64,000 nt of DNA from Chrysomallon squamiferum (taxonomy: Eukaryota; Animalia; Mollusca). Positions 25,471 through 40,400 of this stretch are shown here, one piece after another. The stretch is taken from positions 1-64,000 of the forward strand of contig CM022667.1 of NCBI GenBank assembly GCA_012295275.1, given 5' to 3'. A program made the position numbers and the translations under genes. The number at the start of each line of letters is the position of its first letter. Positions within the stretch are counted from its first letter, which is position 1. A model generated the notes under the pieces. It ran no database searches. It saw only the letters and a list, made by a program, of their open reading frames with translations, and was not told the origin of the DNA.

Positions 25471-25759
25471 CGTGTTCCTGTTTGTGTGTCTTTGTATGAC
25501 ATGCATATGAAAGTAACTAAATAAATTACTATTTTGTGCCTGATCGTTGAACAAAATATGAATGGTTGAATTTAAACTTGTTCAATTTAGAAATAACATT
25601 CCGTACAAAACGTTTTACAACCAAAAACAACAGATTAATATAATTAATCATTAATGACAACGGTAAGAGCATGATTTCAAACTTTATCCTAAATAATCTT
25701 TTTTTTATTAAATAATATTATTTATTTACTGGTGCACACTGTTTCTTTCTGCATAACAA

Positions 25760-26165
25760 ACCTATAAATAAACAACTTCCACAGTTCTGCATGAATCTGC
25801 AAAGAAACTAGATGTATACATGTCTGCATGAAAGATCTATAACTAAACTAGACTTGTACAGTTCTGCAAGAAGAATCTATAAATAAACTAGACTTGTATA
25901 GAGTTCTGCATTAAGAATCTATAAAAAAAAACTACTTGTATACAGTTCTGCATGAATAATTTATAAATAAACTAGACTTGTATACAGTTCTGCATGAAGA
26001 ATCTATAAATAAACTAGACTTGTATACAGTTCTGCATGAATAATTTATAAATAAACTAGACTTGTATACAGTTCTGCATTAAGAATCTATAAAAAAAAAC
26101 TACTTGTATACAGTTCTGCATGAATAATTTATAAACAAACAAGACCTGCAAATCAGTTCTGCTAC
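25760..26165. repeat. ~40-42 bp minisatellite (ATAAATAAACTAGACTTGTATACAGTTCTGCATGAAGAATCT), about 9-10 copies, downstream of the ATP9 stop
   Basis: Repeated CTTGTATACAGTTCTGCAT core with degenerate flanking copies. Confidence 0.9.
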
Positions 26166-26649
26166 TGAATTCAAGTATAGTACACTGGTTTCTTTTTTAC
26201 ATGCATAACAAATTTATAAGCAAATCAGAATAAATGTATATGGAATGAAATACAGCAGGTAAATAACAAAGTTTATGATGAATGTATAAATAAATAGCAT
26301 ACTATTCAGATTTGTGCAAAAGGAATTTTCAGCAAACAATAACTTAAATAAATAAATAAGTAAAAACTAAAATAGATTGGTACTTAGTACTGTGCTTAAG
26401 GAATTTATAAATAAATTAATACTAGACTGGTTCACAGTGTAGTTCACTGATGATATTAATCTTACTGTACCAGTCTTCTTGTAACAAGTCATAATAAAAT
26501 AATTATTCTTAATAAATACAGTTTAATTGGTTTCATCCAAAGAGCAAATTAATCAGATTTGGATATTAATCACAGAATGAACCATTACAGGAATCAATGT
26601 TTAAATTTTTTCACAATAATTTTATGCTTCTTGTAATTTGACCAATTAC

Positions 26650-27484
26650 TGTGAATATGTTTAGAACATGTTTCTGCACTGTAATTTTCTCTTCTCTATA
26701 TTATTACTTAGGCCAGATATTATGATGATGATGACAGTACAAAATAAATTTGTGGGGACAGAACTTGACCATCAACATTTTTAATTTTAGCACATTCATT
26801 TTCTATACCGAATGACAGTGGTTTGGTTAGTAACTATTATAATGATTATAGTTCAGAATAAATTTGTGGACTAAACTTGACAGTAAATGTTTGTAATTTT
26901 ATAATAATAATTTTCTGTTCTTTGTAGTAATTTCTTTACTATTATTATTATTGTTCAGCCTTGACTGTGCACCAGACTTGACAATACTTTTTTAAAATTT
27001 TAGCACAATAATTTTTCTTCTCTATAACAGTTTTACTTATTATAATGATGATAGTTCAGAATACATGTTTCAATATAAGAATCAAACATTTTCTCTTCTC
27101 TGTAATAGTGGTTAGTCTCTTTACTATTATAACAATGACAGTTCAGAATACAATTTTTAATACAAGAATAAATAACATTCTCTTCTCTATAACAGGGGTT
27201 AGTCTTTTTTGCTATTACAACGATGATAGTTCAGAATACATTTTTCAAAACAAGAATCAATAACTTTTTCTTCTCTATAATAGTGGTTAGTCTTTTTACT
27301 ATTATAATGATAATAGTTCAGAATACATTCTTCAGAACAGGAATAAACATTTTTTAATTTTTGCATAATAATTTTCAAGAACAGTGGTTTGACCAGTTGC
27401 TTTTATCATGATGATAACTCACAATACAAGTTTCAGTGTTTTCAGTTTTAGCACACTAGTTCTCAGGAACAGTGATTTGTCCAG
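26650..27484. repeat. Degenerate ~90-130 bp tandem repeats immediately after the ATP9 stop codon
   Basis: Recurring ATGATGATAGTTCAGAATACA...TTCTCTATAACAGTGGTTAGTC motifs. Confidence 0.75.
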
Positions 27485-30400
27485 TTACTGTGTAAGTTTT
27501 GAGTAAACTGGAGGAGAGAATCTTTTCCTGAGATATTTTAGCACGTAGAGAGGAATACAGCTGACTGCTGTTATAGCCATCACCTTCCACACAAAGTTCC
27601 AAGTCTTTAAAAATGATGCATCTGAAAAAGTAAGAAAAGTTATCATTTTTTCAAAAATAATACACACACACACACACATATATATATATAAAAAAAAAAA
27701 AAATTCATTTGTTCTTTTTACAACTAAACATAAACAGTAAAAGAATTTGGATGTCCTAATAAAAAAAAAAAAACTTTACATAGCGAATTTCAAAAAATAA
27801 TTCTGACAAAAACATAAAAAGCTTAGCTAATCACTTTTAAATCTAAGAAAAAAAAAATGTCTTTCAACAACAATTATTTATAATTTATTATTGTCATAAT
27901 TTATTATTGTCATAAAACTGGTTACTAGGACAAGTGAATAACTCTGATAAACAGTGAATATAAATAACTTATTTGTCAAACCAACAACAATACTGTATTC
28001 CTAACTAAAATATAATCTGTATATCTGCACCAAATATATCTTATGATATATACTACAAATCTATATGTCTAATTTCATACTCACCAAAATAATCTTTTAA
28101 GATTGCTAGTGATGCAATGTAAATCCCTAGGCTGAAAATTTCTGCTATGACCATTAGATAGTGCCAGGTCCGCACTGTCAGGGCAACCATCAACAGCTCA
28201 GTGAGAATCAGAGATGTAAATGTGATGGAAACAACATGGAGAAATTCGTCATCAAATAACAGAAGAGCTCCATACATAATTATGCCCCCTGAAATCATGA
28301 AATAAAATAAAATTATCTGCATATGTATTTATGTGTGTAGTATGTATGTAATATAAAAATGTTAAAAATTCATTAATAAATGTTTTCTTGTAGTATGTGA
28401 ATTTTTATTTGGTATGAGCAAATAAAAAATTTCAATATTTTAAATACAATAAATATATAAATAAATAATAATAAGAAAGAAATCTAATCATTTATTAATA
28501 TATGCTTTCTGATACTACAATATAAAATTCAAATGTCAAAATTAAAAATATATTAATAATACAAAATTTTACCTTGATAAATACTAATAAGCACCCAGAG
28601 AAAAAATGTCTTGAAAGATAATGATCTTCCCTGAATCAAATATAAAAAAACAAAAATTAAATAATTTAATTTTTAACAATTTACCATTTTAACTCGCCTA
28701 CAAGACGTTACCATGTTTTTTTATCTCTACTACAAAGTGTTTTTGTGTGTGTGTATCTGTGTGTGTATCTGTGTGTGAAGCTGTGTCTCTGTATTATGTG
28801 TATAAATGTTTATTTTGTATTTGTGTATGTTTGTTAGTCTGTGTGTGTCTACATGTGTTTGTATAATTATGTACATGTTCATTCACACATCACCACTTTG
28901 TATCCTGGCAAACATACAGGATAATGTATATATCAATTTAAATCAAAATTCATTTAGAACATACTTCACTTTTTAAATGAATTTAAATTAAGTTTTTTTA
29001 TATATATATAATTTAATTGTTTGTTGTTGTTCTACTGATCAATTTGTAAAATACATATACATTTATATTTATATATGCATACATATATTTGTATTATATT
29101 TATGTATACATAATTATATACATATTTATGTTTATAAATAATGGAAATAATATAAATAAACTGTACTTTTGTCATTTGTTTATAAAGTTCTGGATATGTC
29201 ATGGCAATTGTTGACGACACATCTTTGTCCAGCACCAGAGAAAAGACAGGGAACATGGTGTACACTGTGGCATAGCTGAAACACAAATACTTAAAATACA
29301 CAACATGCAGTAGTCATATTAATAAACAAAGAAACAGATCATAATGATAACTGTAATAATAAATGAATGAATTATCCTTCAATAATAAAAATGATGACAA
29401 AGATGATGTTAATAACAATCATAATAATTAAAAAAACATAATTACAATAAATAACTAAAGTATTTTATAACAATGATCATTATGATGATTATGATATTGA
29501 TAATGATACTAATAACAACAATAAAAATAATAAATATATTAATAATAAATAAAGATGTACTATATAATGATGATTATTATGATACTAATAAAAAAAACAA
29601 AAAACAACAGTATTAATAATCAGTAATAACATATTGCTTACTATATAATTAATGGATGATACAATATAATCAACAATCTTGCTACTATTTAGTAAAAAAA
29701 TATCTCATGGAATGGAAGCAGCAAGTTTTCTTTATCTTATCATCATTATACAAAAACATAATATGTCTAAAAGCTAGTAACTATCAATATTAAATATGCT
29801 GTGTTCAATCTGCATTCATTACATTCAGTTATTTACCATAACATTTTACAGTTAAGTACTTGATAAATCCTGGAATTGCTGAAATGGTTAATTTTTTTTA
29901 GAAATCCTGGTTTAACAGGGGCCTGGTTTTGAAAATCTTCAACACAATTTAATTTTTAGAATAAACATGTAAGAACTGATTCTCAAGTATTTGCTGACAA
30001 ACTCACCCAACCATGAGGAAACCAGGAAACAAAGCTACACTAGCAAAGTAGAAAACTGAACAGAAGACAGCCTGCATGGTGGTGATGATCAGACCTCTGT
30101 GAATGACAAACTGACTGAGAGACGCAGAACGCTTGTAGCTGAAAATGATGAAGTTAATGAATTAAATATATTAAAACCATATCAAAATTAGTGACAGTAT
30201 AGAATAAAAATAAATGGTAGATATGTAAATAAAAATAATATTTGTGGTCATGGTGTGTTTTCAATGACAAACTTTCTCAGAGATGCAGAATGATTCTAAC
30301 TTAAAATTATGACTAAATTCAGTGTATCAAAAGATATATTACATTTTATAAACACTACACCAATGAACATCAGCTCTCTATATAATAATAATGAAGATAA

Positions 30401-33400
30401 ACTGATGTAAGATTATTAAAAAGTGAGAACATAAAGAAAGACAAAACAACCAACCTGATTTCGTCCATGAACAATGATCAGTCGACCAAGATGGCTGAAC
30501 TGTGTTATTGAATAATCAGCTGCAAGTGAAGCCTGCTTTCCTTCCTGTAAACATAAAATATATATAGATTCCATCACTTTAAACACAAAATTTATTTTAG
30601 TGTAACTACTACATCACACCAATTAATTAATTCATTATTGTCACTTAGCAGGTGTTAAACAAATGGTATTTTTGATAAATTATCTTCAAAGGAAATATGC
30701 TATTGATTTGTTTTAATATTAACTAATTTTTTTAAGGCGAGAATCAAGAGAAATGAATACATTTAAAAAATAAAATTAATAATAAATAATTTGTATACTG
30801 AACAAACAAGTTATGCATCAGGAAATCTTTTCATTTATAAAAAGACACTGAAAACATTTGAATACTTGATATACACAGGAATAATATTTTGTGAATCATA
30901 ATTCATGAATATTTCCATATATCCTAAATTTATTTATCGGCATATTCAGATGGTCTTGTTCTAAAATATACCTAAGATGATGAAAATAAAAAGTAAAAAT
31001 AAATTACCTTGCCAACAATGCCTACACCTGCATCTGCTGCCTGTATCATACTGACATCATTTCCACCATCACCTGCAAATGAAGACAATACTTCTCACAT
31101 ACAGTTAGACTATACACAGCAATACATGCATATACATGCATTTACATTCATAAAACAATTAAATTATTTTGATAGATTATTCTCTAGGCAAACTTGGTGA
31201 ATGACTGTATTCATCAGAAATTAGAAACTTTTGATGATCAAATTTCATAATCATAATGGTACTCTTCTTCTGGATATATATTTTATTACAAAAACTTTAA
31301 TCTCATAACTAAGTTAACCTTCAGCTGTGTTAAAGAAAACAACCAACCACGTTTGTGCATTTCTGCACATAATTCTTTTGGGGCACTTTGTAAATTACTG
31401 CATTTATTTGAATAAAAAGCTTTTTTTTTTTTTTTTTTTTTCAAATCTCTGGATTTTATTCTACTGCTGGATATATGTATTACAAACTGAATTTTGGAAT
31501 TATGCTAACATTTAGTTCTCTTTTTTCACATCAGCTTTGTTAGAACTGGCCTCTTATTTATTTTAATTTTAAAAAAAGCTCAACAGTTAAACATAAAATT
31601 CATAATGAAACCTTAAAATGTATTGACTAATTCAACAAAACTGTGTGTAAATGATGTGCTGAATAATTTTTATTTCAATGAAAAAACAAAAAAGACAGTG
31701 AAAATATTGTTATACCAACACACATATATACAGATATAAATTACATAAATGCAGTAGAGAAACATTTAGAATAGGAAAGAAGCAAAGATACAATTATACA
31801 GACACTTTCACAGAGATATTACATTGACTTTTTTCTTACCTATTGCACATGTTCGTTTTCCAGTGTGAGATTTTAATAGTTTGACTATTTCTGCCTTCTG
31901 AGTGGGTGAACATCGACAAACCACCACAGCAGGGCATTGGCAGGCCAGCTCAACAAACTCATGTTCATAATACTTGAGACACATCTGAACAAAAACATAC
32001 ACAGATAATGGATATTGCTGTTTATTATTACTAGTATTTTATATTATGGTTTCACTGTGCATGCACTGGTAAAAACATCTGCAAACATGCACAGTTATAC
32101 AAAGACAAATTTCTTCCATTCATTACTCAATTCATTTTATTTCAGTATGAATATTACTATCATTTCTAAATCACATTTAATAAATCACCAATGATAAACA
32201 CTATTCTGAGTTCAAGCTCAAGTTCAGCATAACCTTAATTAGCATTCACAATTCCAAAAACTGAACCCACTGATTATTTGCCATTCATTACTTGGTTTGT
32301 TATTATTATATCTAAATTACCTCCTGAGATAACAATGGCATTATTGTTCTTTCTTCTGAATGTATTCAGTTCAAATTTAGTTTCTTTTCAACGAGTACAA
32401 TTCATTACAAACTGAATTGATCTAATACATATGAATATTTTCCACAAATTATTTGGTTCATTTTGTTCTGAATCAATCTTACTATCATTTCATGTCACCT
32501 GTAACAAATCTCCAATGATAACCAAAACATTATCATCCTTTTTTTCACCTGAATGTCTTCAGTTAAAATTTAACTTCATTTCAATCAGGATGAGACACTA
32601 AAAATTGAACTAATCTTAATACTGGTGAATATTTTCTATTCATTACTTGGTTGAATCTGTTTCAGTATCGATCTTATTATCATTTGTTTTAAGAAATATT
32701 TTCAATTCTTATTATCAGATCTCCTGTGAAATTCAAATGATATCATTTTCAATTCATAACTTCAATCAATACAGTACATTAGAAACTGAATTGATCTGAT
32801 ATTTTTCATCTATTTCTTGGTTCATTCTATTTCTGAATCAATATTATTTACCTACATTAAATCTCCAGTGAAAAACAGAGAATTATCATCCTTTTCTCTG
32901 TCAAAAATTACCTGTAATGAATCTCCTGTGATGATCAAGGCATTATCATTCTTTCTTCTGAGAGCATTCAGTTCTAGATGAGCCTCACTTCTGTCTGAAA
33001 TCTGACTGAATGTGTACGTCCCCTGCAGACGTGACACCAACTTTGAGCTCTTGGCAATGCACGTAGCAGTTTCAAGTTTGTCTCCAGTCAGCATCCAGAT
33101 CTGTGACAAAAACAAGAATGATACATCACAGTGGAAATACTGGTTCAGTTTGCTACGGAATAAGGTTTGTAGTGATCTGTGACATCATGGTGGTTAAGAA
33201 TAAGAAGTGAGAAATGAAATGAGTAAGAATAAAACATCTGTAATAGAGATATGAAAAAGAAGAATAAAATGTCTAAATACAGATAAAAAATATGAATAAC
33301 ATATCAAAATAAGAAATTTCTGTGTAAAACACAAATCAAAATACAAAGTTTTTGTAAAAATATAAATCAAAATAAGAAGTTTTCTTTAAAACACATCAAA

Positions 33401-34436
33401 ATAAGAAGATTTCTGTAAAGAACAGGAATAAAATGAAGGAGAACAGGAATAAGAAGTCATCTTATTTATTTTTATATCTTGTTAGCTTTTAAACACATCC
33501 TGCTGTTCTAAGAAATATGTTAGCCAGATTTTTCAGAAATAGTTATCTTTGTTTTTTAATGGTTTAAATACCAAAAATCTTTCAATATTTATTCTGTCTG
33601 TGTATGCATGCATATGTTTGTGTTTATAAGTGTGTGTGTTTGTGATTTAATTTTAGATAAATTTCATGAATTACAGTGCAATATAAATTCATGGATCTAA
33701 TTTAATAAAACCACATAACAATGAATCAAAATCAATTTAAGAAATATATATTTTCACAATTTCAATTTCTTATATCAAGGATTGGCAGTATTCAGTGTAA
33801 AATATTAATAAACACAATACGTATGTAAATTGTATGTAAAAAAAACATGCATGTAAATTTTTTATATTTGAACATGAAATGAATCATCTCAGCTGGAATG
33901 TCTTTATCATATTATCAAACAGAATTTTATTATCACTGTTACTGTTGTTGCTGCTGCAGGTGCTGTTTTGTTGTTGTTGTTGTTGTGATTATTATTATTA
34001 TTATTATCATCATCATCATCATCATCATTTTCATGAGTATTATTACTTCTTAATCATGATTTTGACCAACATCCAATTCAACATCCCACCCATCAATTAA
34101 CAAAGACTGACCTTAATTCCAGCATTACGGAGCAGTTCCAGAGTTGGTCTGACTCCATCCTGCAGTTTATCCTCGACTCCAGTGACACACAGTAACTCCA
34201 TGTCTCTCTCCAGACTCTCCACAACAGTCTGAACCTTCAAACTGCGATCCTGAATACTCAGCTTAGCCTTGTGATAGCGACTCTGTATATATAATAATAG
34301 ACAAATATTGTTAAGTTTGGAGAAAATTTTATAAAAATATATATGGCTTTTAAAATAATATAAAGTTAAAAATACATCACTATGCATGATTAATTTTGAA
34401 AAAAACAAAACAATACATGACATATTTTGATAATGG

Positions 34437-34472
<36 letters not shown>

Positions 34473-37400
34473 TCAATAAAACATATTTTTTAACTGATTT
34501 TGGATTAGATGATTGCATGCATGTGTTAGTGCATATGAAAGAGAGAGAGAAAGAGAGAGAGGATGTTCTTCTGTGTATCTGTGTGTCTGTTTGAAAGATT
34601 TCCCTGTATCAAGTGAATATATCATATAACAAATCCAAACATTTTAAACCAAATATTCAAAAAATAATAATAATAAATCTTTTTTAATGAAATACATATA
34701 AAACAAATACTAATATTAATAAAGTTTTGTTAAATTTCATTTCATATGTACATGAAAAGCATTAAGGATAAAAATCAAACCTCAAAATCCTGATACTGTT
34801 CTTCTGACAGCACACGTTTAGCTACAACTAATGTTCGTAAACCTTCTCTGGCCATGTTTCCACACTACAAAATAATTTTAAAAAATCAATGAATAAAAAA
34901 AATCACGGTATAAACTTTATTACACAAGTTTTATAAGTAACAAAAAAAATTATCAGTGGCTAGTAATAAAAAAAATGAATTATTTAATAGTAAAATTTAA
35001 TTATTTGATAATCAAAATAACAAAATGAAATGTTTGTCTAAATTTAACATAAAGGTCTAAATATATATAAAGATAAAATATAAGAAAACAATGGATAACA
35101 ATTTTTAATAAATTAAAGTGTTATTTTTAAAAATCATCTTTTGCCTTTCTGAATTCCCCAACAACATCCAAAATAAATAAACAAAAAAAAACAAACAAAC
35201 AAACAAAAAATAAATAAAATTGTTATTAAGTTACTCACTTCTTCTTCTAACCAGTCATTATACTGAACAATACTTTGCATTACTACATCAGCACCTTTCA
35301 GGTAGAAGGTTATCTCACCTGTTTCATCTTCCTGTTAACAGAAAGAAAATCCTGTGTGTGAGATCTTATATAATAAAATTATATACAATTTATTTTTATC
35401 TGTGAAACATTCAACAAAATCATTATTACATACCTGTATATAATTATACCTACTTTACAAAAATAATGAAGAAATGTTTCAAACAAACATTAAATAAATA
35501 AATAAAAATTTGGTTTCTCTGCATTTCCTTTGGAGTTTATTTGTTTTGGGTTTTTTTTTTTTTTTTTTAATATCTGATAATGAACTGTTAGCATGTATAC
35601 CATCACTTAAACTTCATTTTTAATCAAACCATAACAGAGATTAAATTCTAGAAGTGATTCTAATTTCAGTTATCAGTTTGTATTTTTATCAGACTTGTTC
35701 TTACTAGCAAAACATGACCCATGTTTCTCTGTTGTTCTGTGAGTTACCTTGACAATGATGCCCATTCGTTTTGCCTCGGAGGTGAATGGAAAAATCTGCA
35801 GAATGGTAAAACTAATCAGGCGTCCATTGGGTGTTCTCAGCTGCATACTGCTCAGATCTCTCTTGATTAGAGTCAGTTCCACTTGTTCAGTCCATGATAC
35901 GAGGGCAACCTAGGTGTTAATGTAAAAATATTTTTAATGAAGCTGCAGTGAACATTCATTTTCCGATATAAAAACACATAATTCTGATCAACTTATTCTG
36001 TATGTAAATGTACACTTGAATTTATTTGTTTTGTGTGGAGTTTTTGTGTGTGTGTGTGTGTGTTTTGTGAGTCTGTGTCTTAGTCACGCTTACAGTGAAA
36101 GAGTATATTCATAAACAGAATTAACAAACCTACACAACTATTTAATTCAACACTAAGACAATTTTTCTAATCATCCATTCATCTTTAGGAAAAACTATAA
36201 TTTTTTTAATTTTTTTTTTATTAATTATTGTAGTAAAATAAATATCTATTAATTAATTTATAATTTTATTAATCAAAATTTTATAATGAATTGCTCTAAT
36301 TAAATATCTGTCAATTTTATTTTTATTATTATTCTTTTTTTTCATAATTTTATAATCAATTTACTGTAATGATATATCTATTACAATCAATATTAATAAT
36401 AAAAAGTCTATTCAGAGAATTTTTTTTTTTCTTTAATCTTAAAATGTTCAAGTATGGCTTTCCAGGGTACTGAACTTTGATCACACTGACCTCATCAGGA
36501 CTGGACGCCTGGTAAGTGACACTCTGTTTTATTTGCTGGTCTGCTTCGGTTTCTGACGTCACATCGCTATTCTCCAGCTCTTCATACACGGGGGTGACGT
36601 TGTGACAGAGAGCAACTGCCTTGACAGCTTCAATCACCCTGGTGACCACTGTCCTTCTCACAGGCCCACTACGACCATGTGCTGTTGGTGTAGTGGTTAT
36701 GGTTGCTGTGCTGGTGGTGGTAGGTTGTGAAAAGGCTGTTCGAATATGCGCTGCCACCTAAGTATTATGTAATGTTTGAAATGCTTATAGAAATCTGCGT
36801 CCAGTTGATACACATAAATAAATATATTAATTTCTTTCATTTATTCATTCATTCATTCAATAATAAACAAATAAATAAATAAATAAATGTAATTAACAGA
36901 TTAATAAATGAATAATATAAATAAATAAATAATTAAAAAGACAAACAACAAATATGATTTTGTATGTATACAAATACAAACACATATACACAGACATACT
37001 TCCAGAAACAGTAAAAGCAGTTTCATTCTTAACCAAAAATAATAATATATTATAGACAATGGGTAATGTTATTTCTGTTCTGGCTCATTAAAAAAAAAAT
37101 ATCTATATATGAAGAATTACTGCTTACCTCATCCATAGTTTCAGCTGTGAATGAAACTGTTCCCAGATGCAGTCTTCTGAAAATCTGTGGAAGATTAAAT
37201 CATCATTATTTCCTTTCAACAAATCTTGCTAATAACAAACAAAGTTATGAAACAAAAACAATAATCCTCAGTACTCTTTAATCCTTATTTTTTTTACTCA
37301 TAATCATTTACTCGTGATGAAAATAATCATTTACTCATGAAGATATCATTTACTACCTCATGAAAAAATATCATTTCATAATTAATGAAGATAATCCTTT

Positions 37401-40400
37401 ACTAAAACAGCACAAAGTATAACTCATGTAATCTTTTTCCGAATCTACTCTTTTTTAATTTTCTTTTTTTTTTTCTTTTTTTTTTTTCTTAATTAACCAA
37501 AATTTCTATGTTAAGAAAATTAAAAATGTTTACCATTTCATTCTGTGTGAGTGTTCCAGTTTTATCAGACAGAAGGTAAGTTAGTCGTCCAAGTTCTTCG
37601 GGAATTGTTGTGTTACGTACAACTGTGCCAGGCATCAGTTTGTCTCGCTGAATCATCCACGAATATGCAGCCTTACCCATGTCCAGATTTACTCTTAAAC
37701 TGTAATAATAATAATAATGATGATGATGATGATGATGACAGAAATTAACAATCATAGTAAGAGTAGTTGTAGTAGCAGTAGTAGTAGCATTAGTAATAAT
37801 GATAATTTTATTAATAAGTAGTAGTAGTAATAATAATAATAATAATAATAATAGTAATAGTAAAATTAATAAAATTATTTTTTAATAATAATAATTTTAT
37901 TAACAGTATAATAATAATAAAAATAAATCTATTTATTATTTATTATTTATTGATTTATTGTTATTATTGTCATTATCATTGTCATTAAACTGAAAATGGT
38001 TTAATATCAAAGTGTAGAGAGATTTGATAAATAATAAATAAAATAATGTGTAAATTTATAAAAATTTATAAAAAATGCCATGACTTCTCACCTAATTGGT
38101 ATGATGTATGAGAAAAGAAGAATGAATCGAAACAAGTATCTGTACCAAGGTCCACCAAATCCCTGCAAGGAGATTAATTATAATAAAATTATTGATTAGA
38201 AAAAGAATTACTAATGTTTCGTTTCATTTGTAAATAACAAAATAGTTTCATCTGTGATCAGCTGATATAAAATATTTAGCAGCAAATATGAAAGAGTAAC
38301 CTCTAGTATCAAATTATAAATAAATATTTAAAAATACTTATTCATGGATGAATATTCTGCATTTTAATATTAACTACAACAACTAAAATGTTTCCAGAAG
38401 CAAAAAATATTTACATAAATTATTAAATTATAATCTTATATATAAATATTTATAAATATATATTCATGGGTAAGAAATTCTGAAACTGAATATTAATTTG
38501 TAACAATGAAAATTTTCTGATGGAGGAAACTATTTATTGTATAATTATAATTTAAAGGATATTTGTGTGTCTTGTTGTGCCACAATTCTAATGAAAATAT
38601 TTAAATGGAGTGATAAACAAACTAAATTACTATTAGAAGCTATGAAAATAGGTTTACTGAGAAATTTTTATGCAAATATAAGATTGTAGCCTATTGTTTT
38701 TGTGCATTGCTTTGAATGAACTTGACTAAACTATTATTACAAGTTATGAATGACAGACAAGTGAATTATAAAAAAAATAAAAAGACATAATACAACTGCT
38801 TGTACCTTCAGAATCATCATAACAAGGGAAAGAATCAGGACAGCAAAAAAGAGCAACTTTGTCAGTGTGTTGATTTCAATATCAAGTAATCCAGTCTGCA
38901 AAATAAAACATAAAAATATACAGACTCACAGACATATACATACTGTATTATATATTTAAGTCAAAAAATGCTGGCTAAACTGGATATTATTCCTAAACTG
39001 AATTGTTTCTGCATTTAAAAGAAATAAAACATTAACTGTAAAACAAAATATTAACTACTGGACATACAGAATAACAGATACACACATTTATACACTGAAA
39101 ACCCACTGATATTTTTCAAATTAAACCATTTAATGAAAAAAGAAAAAAGATTCATACAGAGAGATGACTAGAAAATAAAAAGAATCTGACTGAATAACAA
39201 TCTATATATAATATTGTGATATCCAAAGCCGTGTATTCATTTGTATCTTTTGACAAAAATTACAAATTTTACTGCATTATTTTATTAAATCATAATTTAA
39301 ATAATTATGCCTAGGATACCTTTAGCAATAAGACATCAGTTACTGTTTTGACTTCTTCTGATATCTGAGGTTTTGTATCATATTTTATATATTCAGTATG
39401 AAGCATGGATATTATTTATTTTTATCACAGTTTGTAGTTAACTGGCAATATTAATCTCATGTTAGTCAAGAAACAAATAAAGTCATACGTATGTCCAGAA
39501 TAATGTCTGGGTATCATCTAATTTCATTATAGTTCAAACTGTGCAGTTTTGTATAGCAGTAACACCTCTGTAATGAAGAGTTTAAGAAATCTTACTTTGC
39601 TGTGGGGCTGTGATGTATTCATGACAATACGAGACTCTGCCCCTGTGTATATGACCACACCCAAAGCTGTACCTGATGCCACCACAGTGCTAGCCCACAG
39701 GGTGTTCTCTATAGCCAGAGGGGATTCACAGCAGGCACCATCAGTCTGAAAACAATTATATAAAAAAATATTCAAAATAAAGTAAAGCTGACAGAAAATG
39801 AAAATATAATTAACAAATAAATTAAATTAAAATCAAATGATGTGAACTGAAATGAAGACAAATAAATTAAATTAAAGCAAAGTAAAGTACAGTAAAGTAG
39901 CATAAAAGCAAAAGTAGTAAGAATTAAGTAAAGACATGAAATTAGAAAGTGTAAGTATTACTTATACTTCTAATCTATTTTCATAAATCCAACAAATAAA
40001 GGACAGCCTATTATTTACAATTCTGAATATCAGTGTCAGAATTACAAATACTTAATGGATATTTAATTATTTGTATGCATGCATATCATAACTTTGTTCT
40101 ATGTAAGCAAATTTGTGTACAACACTGTTCCTGTAAAAGTAAATAAGCATGAATCTAAATTATTAATCTAGATTTCTAAAGAAAAGTTTTCTGAGATCAG
40201 TTATATGTGATAGGATTATTAAATTACTCTTGAAAATGTTCCTATAAAGCTGTGTATATCCTTCCGAGGTTTTTCTGCATAGACCATAGCATAAATATCC
40301 AAAATATCCTGAAAACAGAAAGAAATATGAAAACATTTTTAAAACAGTTTTAACAGTAAAAACTACTACTAAGAACAACTGCTATTACAATTTAAAAAAC

